Below the pieces are notes generated by a model. It did no database searches. It was not told the DNA's origin and was given only the letters and a program-made list of their open reading frames with translations. A DNA stretch of 64,000 nucleotides, taken from contig CAZNGS010000011.1 of NCBI GenBank assembly GCA_964572825.1, forward strand, positions 8,557-72,556, given 5' to 3'. Positions 30,034-40,406 of the stretch are shown here, in pieces; position 1 is the first letter of the stretch, and each line of letters begins with the position of its first letter. The position numbers and the translations under genes are program-made. Origin of the DNA: an uncultured candidatus Brocadiaceae bacterium (GTDB taxonomy: Bacteria > Planctomycetota > Brocadiia > SM23-32).

Positions 30034-31431
30034 TCAGTCGTAGTTGATTCCCGCGGGGCTCAGGCCCGGCTCTTCGTGGAGGCAGGCGCCGTTGGTCTCC
30101 ATGACCTTCCTGTAGTAGTAGGCGCTGTCCTTCGGCGTCCTCTCGAGGGTCTGGAAGTCGGTATAGACGAGTCCCACGCGGACCTTGTAGCCGAAGGCCC
30201 ACTCGAAGTTGTCCATGATGGTCCAGTGAAAGTAGCCCCGCACGGGCACGCCGTCGTCGATGGCGCGCTCGAGCTGCAGCAGGTGCCCCCGGATGTAGTC
30301 CACCCTCTGTGGGTCGTGCACGCGCCCGTCGCTCATGATGAAGTCGTTGTTCTGATGGCCGTTCTCGGTCACCACGATGGGGTGCCCGTAGCGCTCGTAG
30401 AGGAACCGGGACGCGTAGTAGATGCCGCGCGGCACGATGGCCCAGTCGCCCTGGCTCGTCATGGGGTAGCCGGGCGGATGGGGCACCACTTCCGGCCGAC
30501 CGTCGGCATCGGCGCGCGCGAGGCGGGAAGTGTAGCAGTTCAGCGCGCAAACGTCGATCGGCTCGGAAATCAGTTCCATGTCGCCTTCGGCCACATCGGG
30601 CACGTCCTCGCCGTAGATCTCCAGGCCGTCCGCCGGGTACCGCCCGAAGAAGACCGGATCGAGCCACCACGTGTAGGAGAAGACGCTGCCCTCGGCCGCG
30701 CGGAAGGTCAGCTCCCGGGCCGCCTCCACGTCCTGCTCTTCGTCCGTCACCGGACAGTAGCGCGAACCCGCCGGCACCAGCCCCACGCTGACGTCCTGCG
30801 TCGCGCACTCGCGCAGGACGCGCACGGCCTTTCCATGCGCCAGAAGAGTGTTGTGCCCGGCCTCCAGCACCTGGCCGAACCCCAGCCTCAGCCCCGGTGC
30901 GTGCTCGCCGGTGTGGTGGCCCAGCCCGATGAAGCAGGCCGGCTCCAGGATGGTGAACCAGTGCGCCACGCGGTCGGAGAGCCGTTCGACCACCACCCGC
31001 GCGTATTCGGCGAACCAGCCCGGGCTGTCGGGATTCAGCCAACCGCCGCGCTTGAACAGCTCGTAGGGGTAATCCCAGTGGAAGAGCACAATCCACGGCT
31101 GGATGCCCGCGTCCAGCAGTTCATCCACCAGGCGGTCGTAGAAGCCGATGCCCTTTTCATTGACCCGGCCGGTGCCCTCCGGCAGAACGCGCGGCCAGGA
31201 GATGGAGAAGCGGTAGGCGCCGAAACCCAGCCGCCTCATCAGGGCCACGTCCTCCCGCCAGCGGTGGTAGTGGTCGCAGGCCACGTCCCCGGTGTGGCCG
31301 CTCCAGACGGCGCCGGGACGGTGCGAGAAGACGTCCCACACCGAGAGGCCCTTGCCGTCCTCGCAGGCCGCTCCCTCGATCTGGTAAGAGGCGGCCGAGA
31401 CGCCCCACGTGAAGTCTTCGGGGAAAGGCAT
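30034..31431 (-). CDS. GH1 beta-glucosidase
   Basis: FPEDFTWGVSAASYQIEG, AYRFSISWPR, (T)ILEP acid/base, VTENG nucleophile, MDNFEW. Confidence 0.95.
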   Translation of the reverse strand: MPFPEDFTWGVSAASYQIEGAACEDGKGLSVWDVFSHRPGAVWSGHTGDVACDHYHRWREDVALMRRLGFGAYRFSISWPRVLPEGTGRVNEKGIGFYDRLVDELLDAGIQPWIVLFHWDYPYELFKRGGWLNPDSPGWFAEYARVVVERLSDRVAHWFTILEPACFIGLGHHTGEHAPGLRLGFGQVLEAGHNTLLAHGKAVRVLRECATQDVSVGLVPAGSRYCPVTDEEQDVEAARELTFRAAEGSVFSYTWWLDPVFFGRYPADGLEIYGEDVPDVAEGDMELISEPIDVCALNCYTSRLARADADGRPEVVPHPPGYPMTSQGDWAIVPRGIYYASRFLYERYGHPIVVTENGHQNNDFIMSDGRVHDPQRVDYIRGHLLQLERAIDDGVPVRGYFHWTIMDNFEWAFGYKVRVGLVYTDFQTLERTPKDSAYYYRKVMETNGACLHEEPGLSPAGINYD

Positions 31432-31459
31432 GGGGGCAGTTTCCTCCCGGGATGGCCGG

Positions 31460-32280
31460 GTTATCCATGAACGCGTAGCAGAGCAGGTGACAGATCACCA
31501 GGTGCGCGTCCTCGACCAGGCCGCAGTGTTCCGACTCCACCACGATGGCGTTGTCGGCGAGGTCCGCCAGCGGTCCGCCCCCGCCGCAACCGCTGCCCAG
31601 GGTCAGGAAGCAGACGTAACGGTAGTCCCGCCCGACCCCCTTGCAGGCCTCCGCCAGGGCGCCGGTGTTGGCGTCGTTCTCCAGCGCGACGGGCAGACCG
31701 ATCAGGCACTCCAGCCAGGCGACGATGGGATAGCCGGCCCACCCCTCCACCTGGTTGGAGACCGCCACCACGCCCTCGGCGACGTTCACCGGTCCGCCGA
31801 AACCGATGCCCGCCGCACGGCAGTCTTCGGCTCCGGCCAGCAGCGCGCCCGCGGTCTTCTGAATTATCTCGATGCCGTTCACCATCTTGCCCTGTCCCTG
31901 GAAGTCGATGGTGATCCGGCCGCGGTAAACCTTTGTCTCGAACTCCCGGACGACCGCCGTGAAGACGGCGCCTCCGGCGGCGGGGGCGGCGGCAGTTCGA
32001 AGGCATGGGCGAATGCCCCCAGGTAGGCCGGAGTGCCGTCGGCATCCTCCGCGCCCGGTCCGGCGGCGTCCACGGCCGGCAGCTCCGACAGGTCGTAGGT
32101 CACTCCCTCGCGTCGGAACCAGCAGGCTCCCAAGGTCGATGCGTTGAAGAAGCGGTGCGGAATCACTACGGGGCCCCGTAGGCGGGATGTCTCTGCCTGC
32201 TCTGCCGCGCCGGCAGAAGCGCATCCGGTCATCACGACATTCAGGGCCCCGAAAAAGACCAGTCTCCACACGAACCTCAT
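31460..32280 (-). pseudogene. Deletion scar: fused fragments of a lipoprotein N-terminus, an unidentified beta-sandwich C-terminus, a ROK kinase and a GmhA/SIS C-terminus
   Basis: MRFVW..MTGC lipoprotein start; ITIDFQGQGKMVNGIEII; ROK GIGFGGPV...LENDAN..ALAE...FLTLGSGCGGG; SIS LADLADNAIVVES...VEDAHLVICHLL. Confidence 0.75.
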
Positions 32281-32347
32281 CTTCCCGCTCCCGGAAAGGT
32301 CTTTGTTGGTCACGCTTTGCGATGCGGACCGTACTGCGGGTTCTGGA

Positions 32348-34693
32348 CTACCTCAAAATGGTGTAGTACGTGTCCTGAGGCAGTCGGACGGTCAACCCGG
32401 CGCCGGACCTTCGTAGCGCCACCGGCTGGTCGCGGTCGGGATAGCCGTACATGTCCAGGGCGATTGCCCGGCCGGCCCTCGACCTGTGGAAGGTCACGAC
32501 GCCGTTGACCCTGTCGATCGCGAACGGCTGCGCGCCCAGGCTCTTGACATGCTTCGTGCCGGGCGGCAGCACCAGACCCTCCTTCCCTCCGTTCCGGGCG
32601 GGCATCTCGATGGTGGTTCCCTGGGCCACGGGCTCAGCCCGCCAGCCGGTCAGTCGGGACTCGGTGACGGCCTGGATGAGTATCTTGTCGGATTCGGTCA
32701 GCGGCCGCCCGTCCATCGAGATTACGAGGATGGCGACCGGATTGTTCCCGGACTTGATGGTAACGTCGGCCAGCTCCACCGCGCCGGCCTTGCCCACCAG
32801 CCCCACCGCGCCCTGGGCGCAGGGGGTGTTTATGGTCAGGAGCTGCTGCCCCCAGTCGAGCGTCAGCTCGCCGTTGGCGCTGCGCACCCGCTGGTTCCGA
32901 CGATCGATACCAGAGTCGAGGACCGCCCGGTCCACACGGCGGGCGCTGCGCTCGGCAACCTCATACTCCACCGCCCCGACCAGAAACGCCAGCGGGTCCA
33001 CTCCGCTGGAGAGGGTCCGCCCCGTGACCGCCTCCGGGTCGTCCATCTGCCCCGGCTTCCGGTGAAGGGGATCGCCGCTGCGGACGCTGGCCACCAGCGG
33101 TTCCTCTCTGTGCCCGAAATCGTCGAGCGTTCGCGCCTCGTAGACGACGACCGGCGCCGGCTGAACGTACCCCATGCGGAACAGGAGCGCCGCCCCGGGG
33201 AACTGGCCCATCAGGTCCGGCCAGTTGTGGTTAAACTTGTTGTACCGACCGCCCCACGGAACGTGATGGCCCGGGCCCATGAACTCGACCTGCAGCCAGG
33301 TGATCTGGTCGAAGTCCAACGCCGCCCCGTAGGCGGCGGCCGCCAACTGGCCCTCCAGGCTGAAACGGTTCGGGTTCGGAAGACCCATCTCCGTGCAGAT
33401 CATGGGCACGCCCCGCATGCGCCGGTAGCTTGTGGGCATGTAGCCCGGGTTGGCCAGGACGGACCCGTCCAGGTAATAATCGCCTGCATTCACTGCGTAG
33501 CTGGCAAGACGAGGGTTCTCGGGGTTGACGTGGAAGAAGCTGCTGTACTGGTGGTAGCCGATGCAGTCTCCGTGAGGCGGGAGCGTGCCGTAGCGCGCCG
33601 CGTCCTGCAGGGCCATCCGGTCGGCGGCGAACCAGTCCCCGGCCAGTATCAGCCCGCCGTAGCCCAGCTCCTCTTTGATGAAGCGGGCCATCTCCTCGTT
33701 GTAGTCGCGCTCCAGGTGGAGCATGAACTTGATCTGGTCCGCGATGAAGCGACGCTCAGCCGGGCTCTGGCGCTCGTAGGCCCACGAGCCGAGTGTGCCG
33801 ACGCCCTGCGGCTCCAGCAGCACCTGGTCGTCCTGCTCGACCAGATAAGTCCCGCGTTCCTCCTCGCTCAGTCCGTAGTGGTCCAGGGCTTCCCGGAGCG
33901 AGCCGTGCTTCTGCCCCGCCCACGTGGTGAATCGCCGCCTGAGGATGTTCCACCGGGCCGGGTCGCAGTAGTTGTAGTTTCCGAACCCGAACCAGATGTT
34001 CTGCTCGTTCTGCAGCTCCAGGATGTTCATGGCCGGGTCTTCTGCCAGAGACAACCCGGTGTGGGGATTCACCGTGGTAAGGAGCTTGCGGTACCACTCC
34101 TTCTGGATCGCCCGCAGGTCCTCGCACCAGTAGTAGGGCAGCGCGCCGCGCACAAAGCCGGGCACCCGGGGATGGTCCCGGAACGTGGGGTAATGCCACC
34201 AGGGGCAGTAGGTGACGTAGATGCCTTCCTGCTTCATGGCGGCGACGAGGCGATGTATCTTCGCCAGATTGTCGTGGTTGATCTCCGTGACGTCCGCCGC
34301 GTCTCCCGAGGGCATAACGGAGGTGGGCCCGTCCGTCAGGTCGCGCACCTGGTTGATGCCCAGCTTGGCGTACGTGCGAGCGGTGTACTCGAGCTCTTCC
34401 ATGTCGTAATCGAATCCGAACGGACGAAGTCCCGCGGACCAGCCCCGGAAGGGCCTGTCCAAGCCGGGGATCCATAGCTTGCCGTCTCTCGCGTACATCC
34501 AGCCGCTCTGGCCCGCCACATCTTCGTTGAGGCCACTCAGGTCCAGCAGGGCGTCCTCGCCGAAACCGTCCTGCCTGACCCGGAACTGCCACGTGGCCCG
34601 CTCCGGGCCGGTTTCCGCGCCCATAGCACCTGCCACGGAGAGAAGACCAAAAACTGCCGCGACCTTTGCCACCCGGCTGAGTGATCTTAACAT
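32348..34693 (-). CDS. Secreted clan GH-A (GH5-like) glycoside hydrolase, divergent
   Basis: Signal peptide, AKLGINQVR, LLTTVNPHTGLSLAEDPA, ELQNE acid/base, ICTE nucleophile. Confidence 0.7.
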   Translation of the reverse strand: MLRSLSRVAKVAAVFGLLSVAGAMGAETGPERATWQFRVRQDGFGEDALLDLSGLNEDVAGQSGWMYARDGKLWIPGLDRPFRGWSAGLRPFGFDYDMEELEYTARTYAKLGINQVRDLTDGPTSVMPSGDAADVTEINHDNLAKIHRLVAAMKQEGIYVTYCPWWHYPTFRDHPRVPGFVRGALPYYWCEDLRAIQKEWYRKLLTTVNPHTGLSLAEDPAMNILELQNEQNIWFGFGNYNYCDPARWNILRRRFTTWAGQKHGSLREALDHYGLSEEERGTYLVEQDDQVLLEPQGVGTLGSWAYERQSPAERRFIADQIKFMLHLERDYNEEMARFIKEELGYGGLILAGDWFAADRMALQDAARYGTLPPHGDCIGYHQYSSFFHVNPENPRLASYAVNAGDYYLDGSVLANPGYMPTSYRRMRGVPMICTEMGLPNPNRFSLEGQLAAAAYGAALDFDQITWLQVEFMGPGHHVPWGGRYNKFNHNWPDLMGQFPGAALLFRMGYVQPAPVVVYEARTLDDFGHREEPLVASVRSGDPLHRKPGQMDDPEAVTGRTLSSGVDPLAFLVGAVEYEVAERSARRVDRAVLDSGIDRRNQRVRSANGELTLDWGQQLLTINTPCAQGAVGLVGKAGAVELADVTIKSGNNPVAILVISMDGRPLTESDKILIQAVTESRLTGWRAEPVAQGTTIEMPARNGGKEGLVLPPGTKHVKSLGAQPFAIDRVNGVVTFHRSRAGRAIALDMYGYPDRDQPVALRRSGAGLTVRLPQDTYYTILR

Positions 34694-34778
34694 CGTTGTT
34701 TCCCTGTCCCTGAAGACACAGAAAGATGCGGCCGCTCCCCACGCCACCGACATTCCTGCCGCGCTTCCGCGCCGATGT

Positions 34779-37151
34779 TCACTCGGCCTGCCAGGTGAGG
34801 CCCACCATGGAATGGGGCGGGAGCTCCAGAACGCGGCCCGGCTCGAAGTCGGTCACAACCTCCTCACTGATCTCCACCTGGGGCTCGGGATTGTCGTACT
34901 CATTGCTGGCGGTGATCCGGTCGGCGGTCAGCCACCACGCGTCGGCGCGGCCGCCGCGGGCCTGCCCGGAGAGCTCCAGTTGAACGCGGCGTGCACCCTC
35001 CGTGTCCAGGTTAAAGAGCACCAGCCCCCTCCGCCGGCCGTCCCGGAAGGCGTAGCTCCACAGCACGGGGATGCCCTCGTAGGTGCTGATCTCGCGCCGG
35101 CTGTCCTCGAAGACGCCCCTGGCGGTAAAGGTGGGCCGGGCGCCGCCGTGCACTGTGCGGACCATGTCGCCGCCGATGACCTTATTGACGATCTCTTCGG
35201 CCAGGAACAGCGGGCGGTAGCGCTGGTCCCACACGTTGATGCCCGGCACGAAGCCCCACAGCGGGATGCCGAAGAAGTTCTTCTGGTTCAGGTTGAACAG
35301 GCACTGCCTCCGCACCCCGCACTCGCGCATCATCAGCAGGCTATCGTTGAGGACGTTCAGGCCGCCCCCGATGGAGGTGAACATCTTCCTGCGCGTCTCC
35401 AGCGGCACCGCGCCCTCGTTGCCGGGCCGCGGGTTGGTCAGGTGGAACTGGTGTTCGTATATGGCCAGCTCCTTCCCTGTGCCCTGTAGGGCCGCGTGGC
35501 TGTCGGAGACCCGGCCGCCGGGCTCCAGCACTCGCTTGATGGTATAGCCGTAGACCCACCGGAACAGGGCCTGGCCGGTGGTCAGGTGCTCCACGTACTG
35601 CTGCCGCACGCCGTTCATCAGGTAGGGCGCGATGGCCACCACGTCGGCGTTGGGAACCCACTGGCGGGCGATGTTGCCGATCAGCCAGCCGTTGCCGGCC
35701 TGCGCGCCCGCCACGAACACCACGTTCGGCGTGCAATGAGGCGAGGATTTGCCCGCGGCGATCATGTCCTTCCAGTGCTCCGGACCGTTGTAGGAGCCGG
35801 TGGCGTAGCCGCCGGGGTTCCATGCTTCATTGCCGAACTCGATGTAGATGTTGTCAAAGACCTCCGTCCAGGGCTTCGGGTGGCCGAGCTCCGCGCGGAC
35901 CCTGCCGTAGCCGATGTCCGCCGGGGCGCCGAGATACTCCATCAGCAGGGGAATCTCGTCCACGTGGAGCGTGCCGGGCACGCAGTACCAGGGATCGGCC
36001 CCCACGTGCTCGCACAGCCCGTAGTAATCGTGCATGTTGAAGGCATAGGTGCGGGCAGAGTTCCGGGCGCCCTTGACCAGGTTGGACCATCGGCGGGTCC
36101 ACCCCATCTGCTCCAGCCGCGGCCTCAGGTTATTCTCCAGGTTGCTCCCGCCCATCTGCAGGTGGCGCAGTATGCCGGGCTTCAGGCGCTTCAGCAGGTC
36201 CACCATCGGGTCGCGGAACGCGGTGGGGTTGCGGTGGCGTTCCTCCTTCCAGATGACCACGTCGTCCACCAGAACTTCGCCACCGGCGGCGACGAGGCGT
36301 ACCGTCACGTGCTGCTCCCGCGAGTCCAGCCCGCTGACGTCCAGCTTCAGGTCGTGATGGCGCCACTCGCCGGTGGGCTGCAGGACGGGATTCTCTGTCC
36401 CGTCCACCTCGACGGTCAGTGTGGGCTCGCCGGCGTGGGTCTTCGCCCAGAGCTGGACGCGCCACCTGCCGTTCTGGTCTGCCTGGCTGCCCCACATGGG
36501 CACGAAGGTGTAGTGCGCCCGGTCCTCCGATCCGCGCAGCAGCAGGGCGGACCGGCCGAAGCTGCCCGGGGGCACGTCGCCGACATGGGCCGTATTCTGC
36601 TCCGCGTTCCAGAAATCGGGGTTGTTGCTCTCCTTTATGCTTCCCTGGTTGGAATTCTCCAGCTCCAGCATCACCCCGTTCTTGCTCAGGTCGGAGGCAG
36701 GGACCGGCCGGTCAAAGGAGATGTAGCAGAGCTCCCGTTTCTGATGGTCGGCGGGGCAGACTTTCGTCTCTACGGCGTTTATGAAGCCGGACATACCTTT
36801 GGCCGGACCACCCAGCAGCGTCCAGCGCACCCGGCCCTTCATGGCTTCCCACGCCTCTTCGGCGGGGGCGAACCACACGAAGATGCCGTTCTCGTCCTGC
36901 TGCGGCCCCCAGGAGACGAAGCGGTACATGACGCCCTCGAAGTTCTCGGCCACCCGCACCTTGACGATGCTGCTGTCCCAGTAGTTGTCGCCGCACGTGT
37001 TGATGCCCAGGCGCATGGTGTCCGGAACCACGACCTCGTCCGTCATCCGGACCGTCGTCACGTCCTCCTCGCCCCGGCCCGCCTGCGCGGCGGTCGCCGC
37101 CAGGCACGACATCAGCACGCCGGCCATCATCACTGCGATCGCGTTCCGCAT
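34779..37151 (-). CDS. Secreted GH51-like glycoside hydrolase, divergent
   Basis: Signal peptide, LKRLKPGILR, RAELGHPKPW, IEFGNEAWN, AIYE, C-terminal LELPPHSMV. Confidence 0.7.
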   Translation of the reverse strand: MRNAIAVMMAGVLMSCLAATAAQAGRGEEDVTTVRMTDEVVVPDTMRLGINTCGDNYWDSSIVKVRVAENFEGVMYRFVSWGPQQDENGIFVWFAPAEEAWEAMKGRVRWTLLGGPAKGMSGFINAVETKVCPADHQKRELCYISFDRPVPASDLSKNGVMLELENSNQGSIKESNNPDFWNAEQNTAHVGDVPPGSFGRSALLLRGSEDRAHYTFVPMWGSQADQNGRWRVQLWAKTHAGEPTLTVEVDGTENPVLQPTGEWRHHDLKLDVSGLDSREQHVTVRLVAAGGEVLVDDVVIWKEERHRNPTAFRDPMVDLLKRLKPGILRHLQMGGSNLENNLRPRLEQMGWTRRWSNLVKGARNSARTYAFNMHDYYGLCEHVGADPWYCVPGTLHVDEIPLLMEYLGAPADIGYGRVRAELGHPKPWTEVFDNIYIEFGNEAWNPGGYATGSYNGPEHWKDMIAAGKSSPHCTPNVVFVAGAQAGNGWLIGNIARQWVPNADVVAIAPYLMNGVRQQYVEHLTTGQALFRWVYGYTIKRVLEPGGRVSDSHAALQGTGKELAIYEHQFHLTNPRPGNEGAVPLETRRKMFTSIGGGLNVLNDSLLMMRECGVRRQCLFNLNQKNFFGIPLWGFVPGINVWDQRYRPLFLAEEIVNKVIGGDMVRTVHGGARPTFTARGVFEDSRREISTYEGIPVLWSYAFRDGRRRGLVLFNLDTEGARRVQLELSGQARGGRADAWWLTADRITASNEYDNPEPQVEISEEVVTDFEPGRVLELPPHSMVGLTWQAE

Positions 37152-37212
37152 GAGCGTTCTCTCCCTTCTTCTCTCGACAACCTTTGGAGAAACAGTGGAG
37201 CCTCAGCCGGGG

Positions 37213-37267
37213 GCCTGTCTGCGTGCCTGTCTGTCGGGCACACAGACGACCGCGCACAGGCAGACGG
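37213..37267. repeat. REP-like palindromic element
   Basis: GCCTGTCTGCGTGCCTGTCTG...GCACAGGCAGAC; the same GCACAGGCAGAC unit occurs at 41051-41062. Confidence 0.5.
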
Positions 37268-37299
37268 CCGAGCTACACTATCAGGAAGCTGTCAACCCA

Positions 37300-38202
37300 T
37301 CACTTCGCTTTGCCCAGGTTGACGATCACGGCGCGGTCTTTCAGGACCTGGGGCACGAACAGCAGGCCCCGCTCGCGGTCCAGGCCGATGTCCGCCGGCG
37401 ACTCCAGCTCCAGCAGCGTCCGCACCGTCTTGCCGTCCGGCGATATTGTGCAGACCTTGCCACCCGTGAAGTCGGAAACGATGAAGGTTCCGTCGCCGGT
37501 GACCTCGATGCCGTCCAGGTTCGTGAAATGGTCGAAGACACCGAGGGGCTCCGGCGGCTCCTTCCCCGCGGGGTCCAGCTCATAGACCTCGTGCAGTGCC
37601 CAGCTCACCGCGAACATCCGGTCCCCGTGGAAGGTGATACCGTTCACCCCCGGCACGGCCGGGATGAATCCCGCCTCCCCCTCCACGGGGTCGTACCAGT
37701 GGACCTTACCGTGCAGGGTGTCCGAGACCCAGACGCGCCGGCCGTCCGCGGCCACGTCGTTGGCCTTACCCAGCAGGGGCAGCGGCACCCGCTCGGGCGG
37801 CCCCCCGCTCAGGGGACAGCGCATCAACCGGCGGTTGTCCCCGAAGTAGAGGTGATCCCCCAGAATGGCCATTCCCTTGGGACCGTTCAGGATGGCGTCT
37901 TCGGTGCTGTCCACCCAACGCGGCTCGATCTTGTCGCCATCGTAGCCGGCGAGGCAGATGTAGCCGCGGGCATCGTCGGTCCAGTACTCTCCCTCGGCTG
38001 CCTCAACGTTGGAGATGTAGACGACATCCCTGTCGGGCACGGGAAGCATGCTCTCGGGCACGTCCAGATCCTGTATGACGGCAACGGTCTCGGCGGTCAG
38101 TTTCCCGGCGGCCGCCCCCGTCCCGAAATGCCCACAGCCTGTTGCGAACAGCAGCGCGGACAGAACAGCAAAAACCACCGATGTACTGGTCCAAGAACGC
38201 AT
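37300..38202 (-). CDS. SMP-30/gluconolactonase-like beta-propeller lipoprotein
   Basis: Lipobox FATGC, PES, LNGPKGMAI, ANDV, VNGI, LDGI, PADIGLD. Confidence 0.8.
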   Translation of the reverse strand: MRSWTSTSVVFAVLSALLFATGCGHFGTGAAAGKLTAETVAVIQDLDVPESMLPVPDRDVVYISNVEAAEGEYWTDDARGYICLAGYDGDKIEPRWVDSTEDAILNGPKGMAILGDHLYFGDNRRLMRCPLSGGPPERVPLPLLGKANDVAADGRRVWVSDTLHGKVHWYDPVEGEAGFIPAVPGVNGITFHGDRMFAVSWALHEVYELDPAGKEPPEPLGVFDHFTNLDGIEVTGDGTFIVSDFTGGKVCTISPDGKTVRTLLELESPADIGLDRERGLLFVPQVLKDRAVIVNLGKAK

Positions 38203-38246
38203 CCTTTTTCCTCCACATGGGGTCTATCTTGTTGCGCAGTGCTTGG

Positions 38247-40037
38247 TTACCGGGTCAGGCAGTACTGCTCGGCCCAGGTCCGGAAGTCTCCCCTCTCCTC
38301 CGGCGATTCAAGCTCGATGTTCTCCCGTAGCACGGCGAAGTCCGGCACCCCGACCGCGTGGTCCCCGTCGAAGTCGCCCTGCTCCCACCACCAGGTGCCC
38401 TCCTCGCGGAAGTGGTCGCGCAGGACGGCGAAGTCCTCGAAGCTCACCCGTCCGTCCAGGGTGGCGTCCCCGGTCGGCAGCAGTTGGCTCATCAGCCCGT
38501 CCCATTTGGGCGAGCCGGGCTCGCGCAGGTCCGCCAGCAGGCCCCAGCTTCCGCTGGTGAAGGTGTAGTGCATGAACAGTCCGCCGGGGTTGACCGTCTC
38601 CCATAGCCGGAAGTAATCCCGGTAGATACGCCGCATGGCGGGGTGGCGCTGCGCCCGGCCGATCATTGCGCCGTCCGTCACCCGGTTGTGCCAGACGTGC
38701 TGGCCGCCCTCGTAGGCGTAGAGCTTCAGGCCGTGTCGGTCGGCGATGTCCTTGTGGCGCCGGATGCCGTAGTAAAGGCGGTTCGCGTCGCGGGCCTCGT
38801 CGGCGGGCATCCCCTTCCGTGCCAGCGCGAGTGCCCCCTCGACATTCTCCATCATGGCTTCCATCAGCCTGTCCAGTTCGGAATACTTCCCGTGGACGTG
38901 GATATACGGAGCGATGGCGAGCGCATCGATGACCTCCCGGGGCTCGATCCCGTTGTCCCGGTAGTATTCGAGGGCCTTGTCGATGTGCCAGGGGTTGCCC
39001 GTCTGGCCGGCCAGCACGACTTCCAGCCGTCCGCGGGCCTGCGTTCCCCAGACCTGGCGGAATATACGACTAACCTGCGCCAGCCGGGGCGCGACGGCGC
39101 CGTAATAGAGCGTCACGTCCGAGGTCTGCCACTCCCAGTCGGGCTCGATCATCTTCTTGCCCAGTTCCGGCCCCTGGCTGAAGTTCCACAACTCGTTGCT
39201 CAGCTCGACGATGCACTTCAGTTCGGGGTTCAGCCGATCGCGCATCAGGCGCGCCAGTTCGCGCACGTATCGGTCATCGGCCAGGTGCGGCACGCACATC
39301 CACATGTCCTTCCCGGATTCGTTGCACAGGTCGATCATCAGCTCGTAGGCCATCCCGCCCATGGGCAGGCGGGGTCGCCACCCGGGCGTCTGCACCAGGT
39401 AATCCGGCCGCCGCCGCACTCCCCATCGCTCGGCGTTGCTGCTGTTGGTGGCGTTCCAGTCCATGAACCGGAAGGTCGAGAACGGCCGCACGCGGCGGAT
39501 AAACTCAGCCCGCACCACCCGGTCGGTATCCACGTCGTACCCGGGGCATACCAGCCGCACGTCGCGCACCGGATCGTCCCCGTCCACGTCGTGAAAGGAA
39601 ACATGCACAAGGTCCGCCTCCGTGCGGTCCACCTCCACGAGCGCGTAGGTGCGACGGCCCGCCCTGCGCACCAAGTCCTCGAGCAGCCGGGCGGCGCCCT
39701 CGAAGCGAATCTCGCCTTTGCCCCCGTACCGCAGCCTATAGACGCCGTCGGGGTAGCCGTTGAGGAAGGAATGTATCCGGATGCGCGGGTCGAGGGGTAC
39801 GCCTTGCTCGGTAAGCGGCAGCTCTTCCCACTTTCCGGGATTGTCCTTGACCATCTCCGAGAACTCCTCGGGCATCTCGTAGGAGAAGGCCCGGGCGGCG
39901 TCGACAAACGCGGCGTCGCCCGTGTAGAAATCGTGCGCCCAGAAATTCACCCCCCGGTCGGGAGCGGGCTCTGCGCCCGCCGGGGCGACCGCAGGCACCA
40001 GGGATACCAACAGCAACAGGGCGATTCCGGCTCTCAT
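38247..40037 (-). CDS. Secreted clan GH-A hydrolase-like protein with C-terminal dockerin/EF-hand-like duplication
   Basis: Signal peptide, FRFMDW..TN, ELSNELWN, AYEGGQH; GDATLDGRVSFEDFAVL and GDFDGDHAVGVPDFAVL repeats. Confidence 0.75.
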   Translation of the reverse strand: MRAGIALLLLVSLVPAVAPAGAEPAPDRGVNFWAHDFYTGDAAFVDAARAFSYEMPEEFSEMVKDNPGKWEELPLTEQGVPLDPRIRIHSFLNGYPDGVYRLRYGGKGEIRFEGAARLLEDLVRRAGRRTYALVEVDRTEADLVHVSFHDVDGDDPVRDVRLVCPGYDVDTDRVVRAEFIRRVRPFSTFRFMDWNATNSSNAERWGVRRRPDYLVQTPGWRPRLPMGGMAYELMIDLCNESGKDMWMCVPHLADDRYVRELARLMRDRLNPELKCIVELSNELWNFSQGPELGKKMIEPDWEWQTSDVTLYYGAVAPRLAQVSRIFRQVWGTQARGRLEVVLAGQTGNPWHIDKALEYYRDNGIEPREVIDALAIAPYIHVHGKYSELDRLMEAMMENVEGALALARKGMPADEARDANRLYYGIRRHKDIADRHGLKLYAYEGGQHVWHNRVTDGAMIGRAQRHPAMRRIYRDYFRLWETVNPGGLFMHYTFTSGSWGLLADLREPGSPKWDGLMSQLLPTGDATLDGRVSFEDFAVLRDHFREEGTWWWEQGDFDGDHAVGVPDFAVLRENIELESPEERGDFRTWAEQYCLTR

Positions 40038-40104
40038 CTCAGGCCTCCGATCCAGGAAGATGCCTTCACGATTCCAGGCGCCGGGCTGGACCCTTCTTCC
40101 CTAC

Positions 40105-40133
40105 AGTGTGCGGCTGGCCGGCGGCGTTGTCAA
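40105..40133 (-). promoter_or_regulatory. Possible promoter of the secreted hydrolase cluster
   Basis: Minus strand TTGACA-N17-CACACT. Confidence 0.45.
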
Positions 40134-40367
40134 GATCGGTGCGTCCAACGCGCTTCCGGCAAGGGCGCCGGGTGGCATTCCACCGCGCCGGACATGGCGG
40201 AGGGGCAAAGCCGGCCGTCGGGGGAGCCAAACAGGACGCGGTGCCCCGGACCCCGGCTGGCGACTCCACCCGGTGCGGCGCCGCTTTCACTTCCCGGGGC
40301 CCTGGCCCCGTTGCGAAGCGCGACATCGCAACGAAAACTCCGGGCCGCAAGCCGCCCCAACGGCAAA

Positions 40368-40406
40368 GCCTTTCGACAGGCTCAAGGCCCTGAGCAAAGT
40401 CGAAGG
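40368..40406. repeat. REP-like imperfect palindrome
   Basis: CCTTTCGAC-AG-GCTCA-AGGCCC-TGAGC-AAA-GTCGAAGG nested inverted repeat. Confidence 0.6.
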
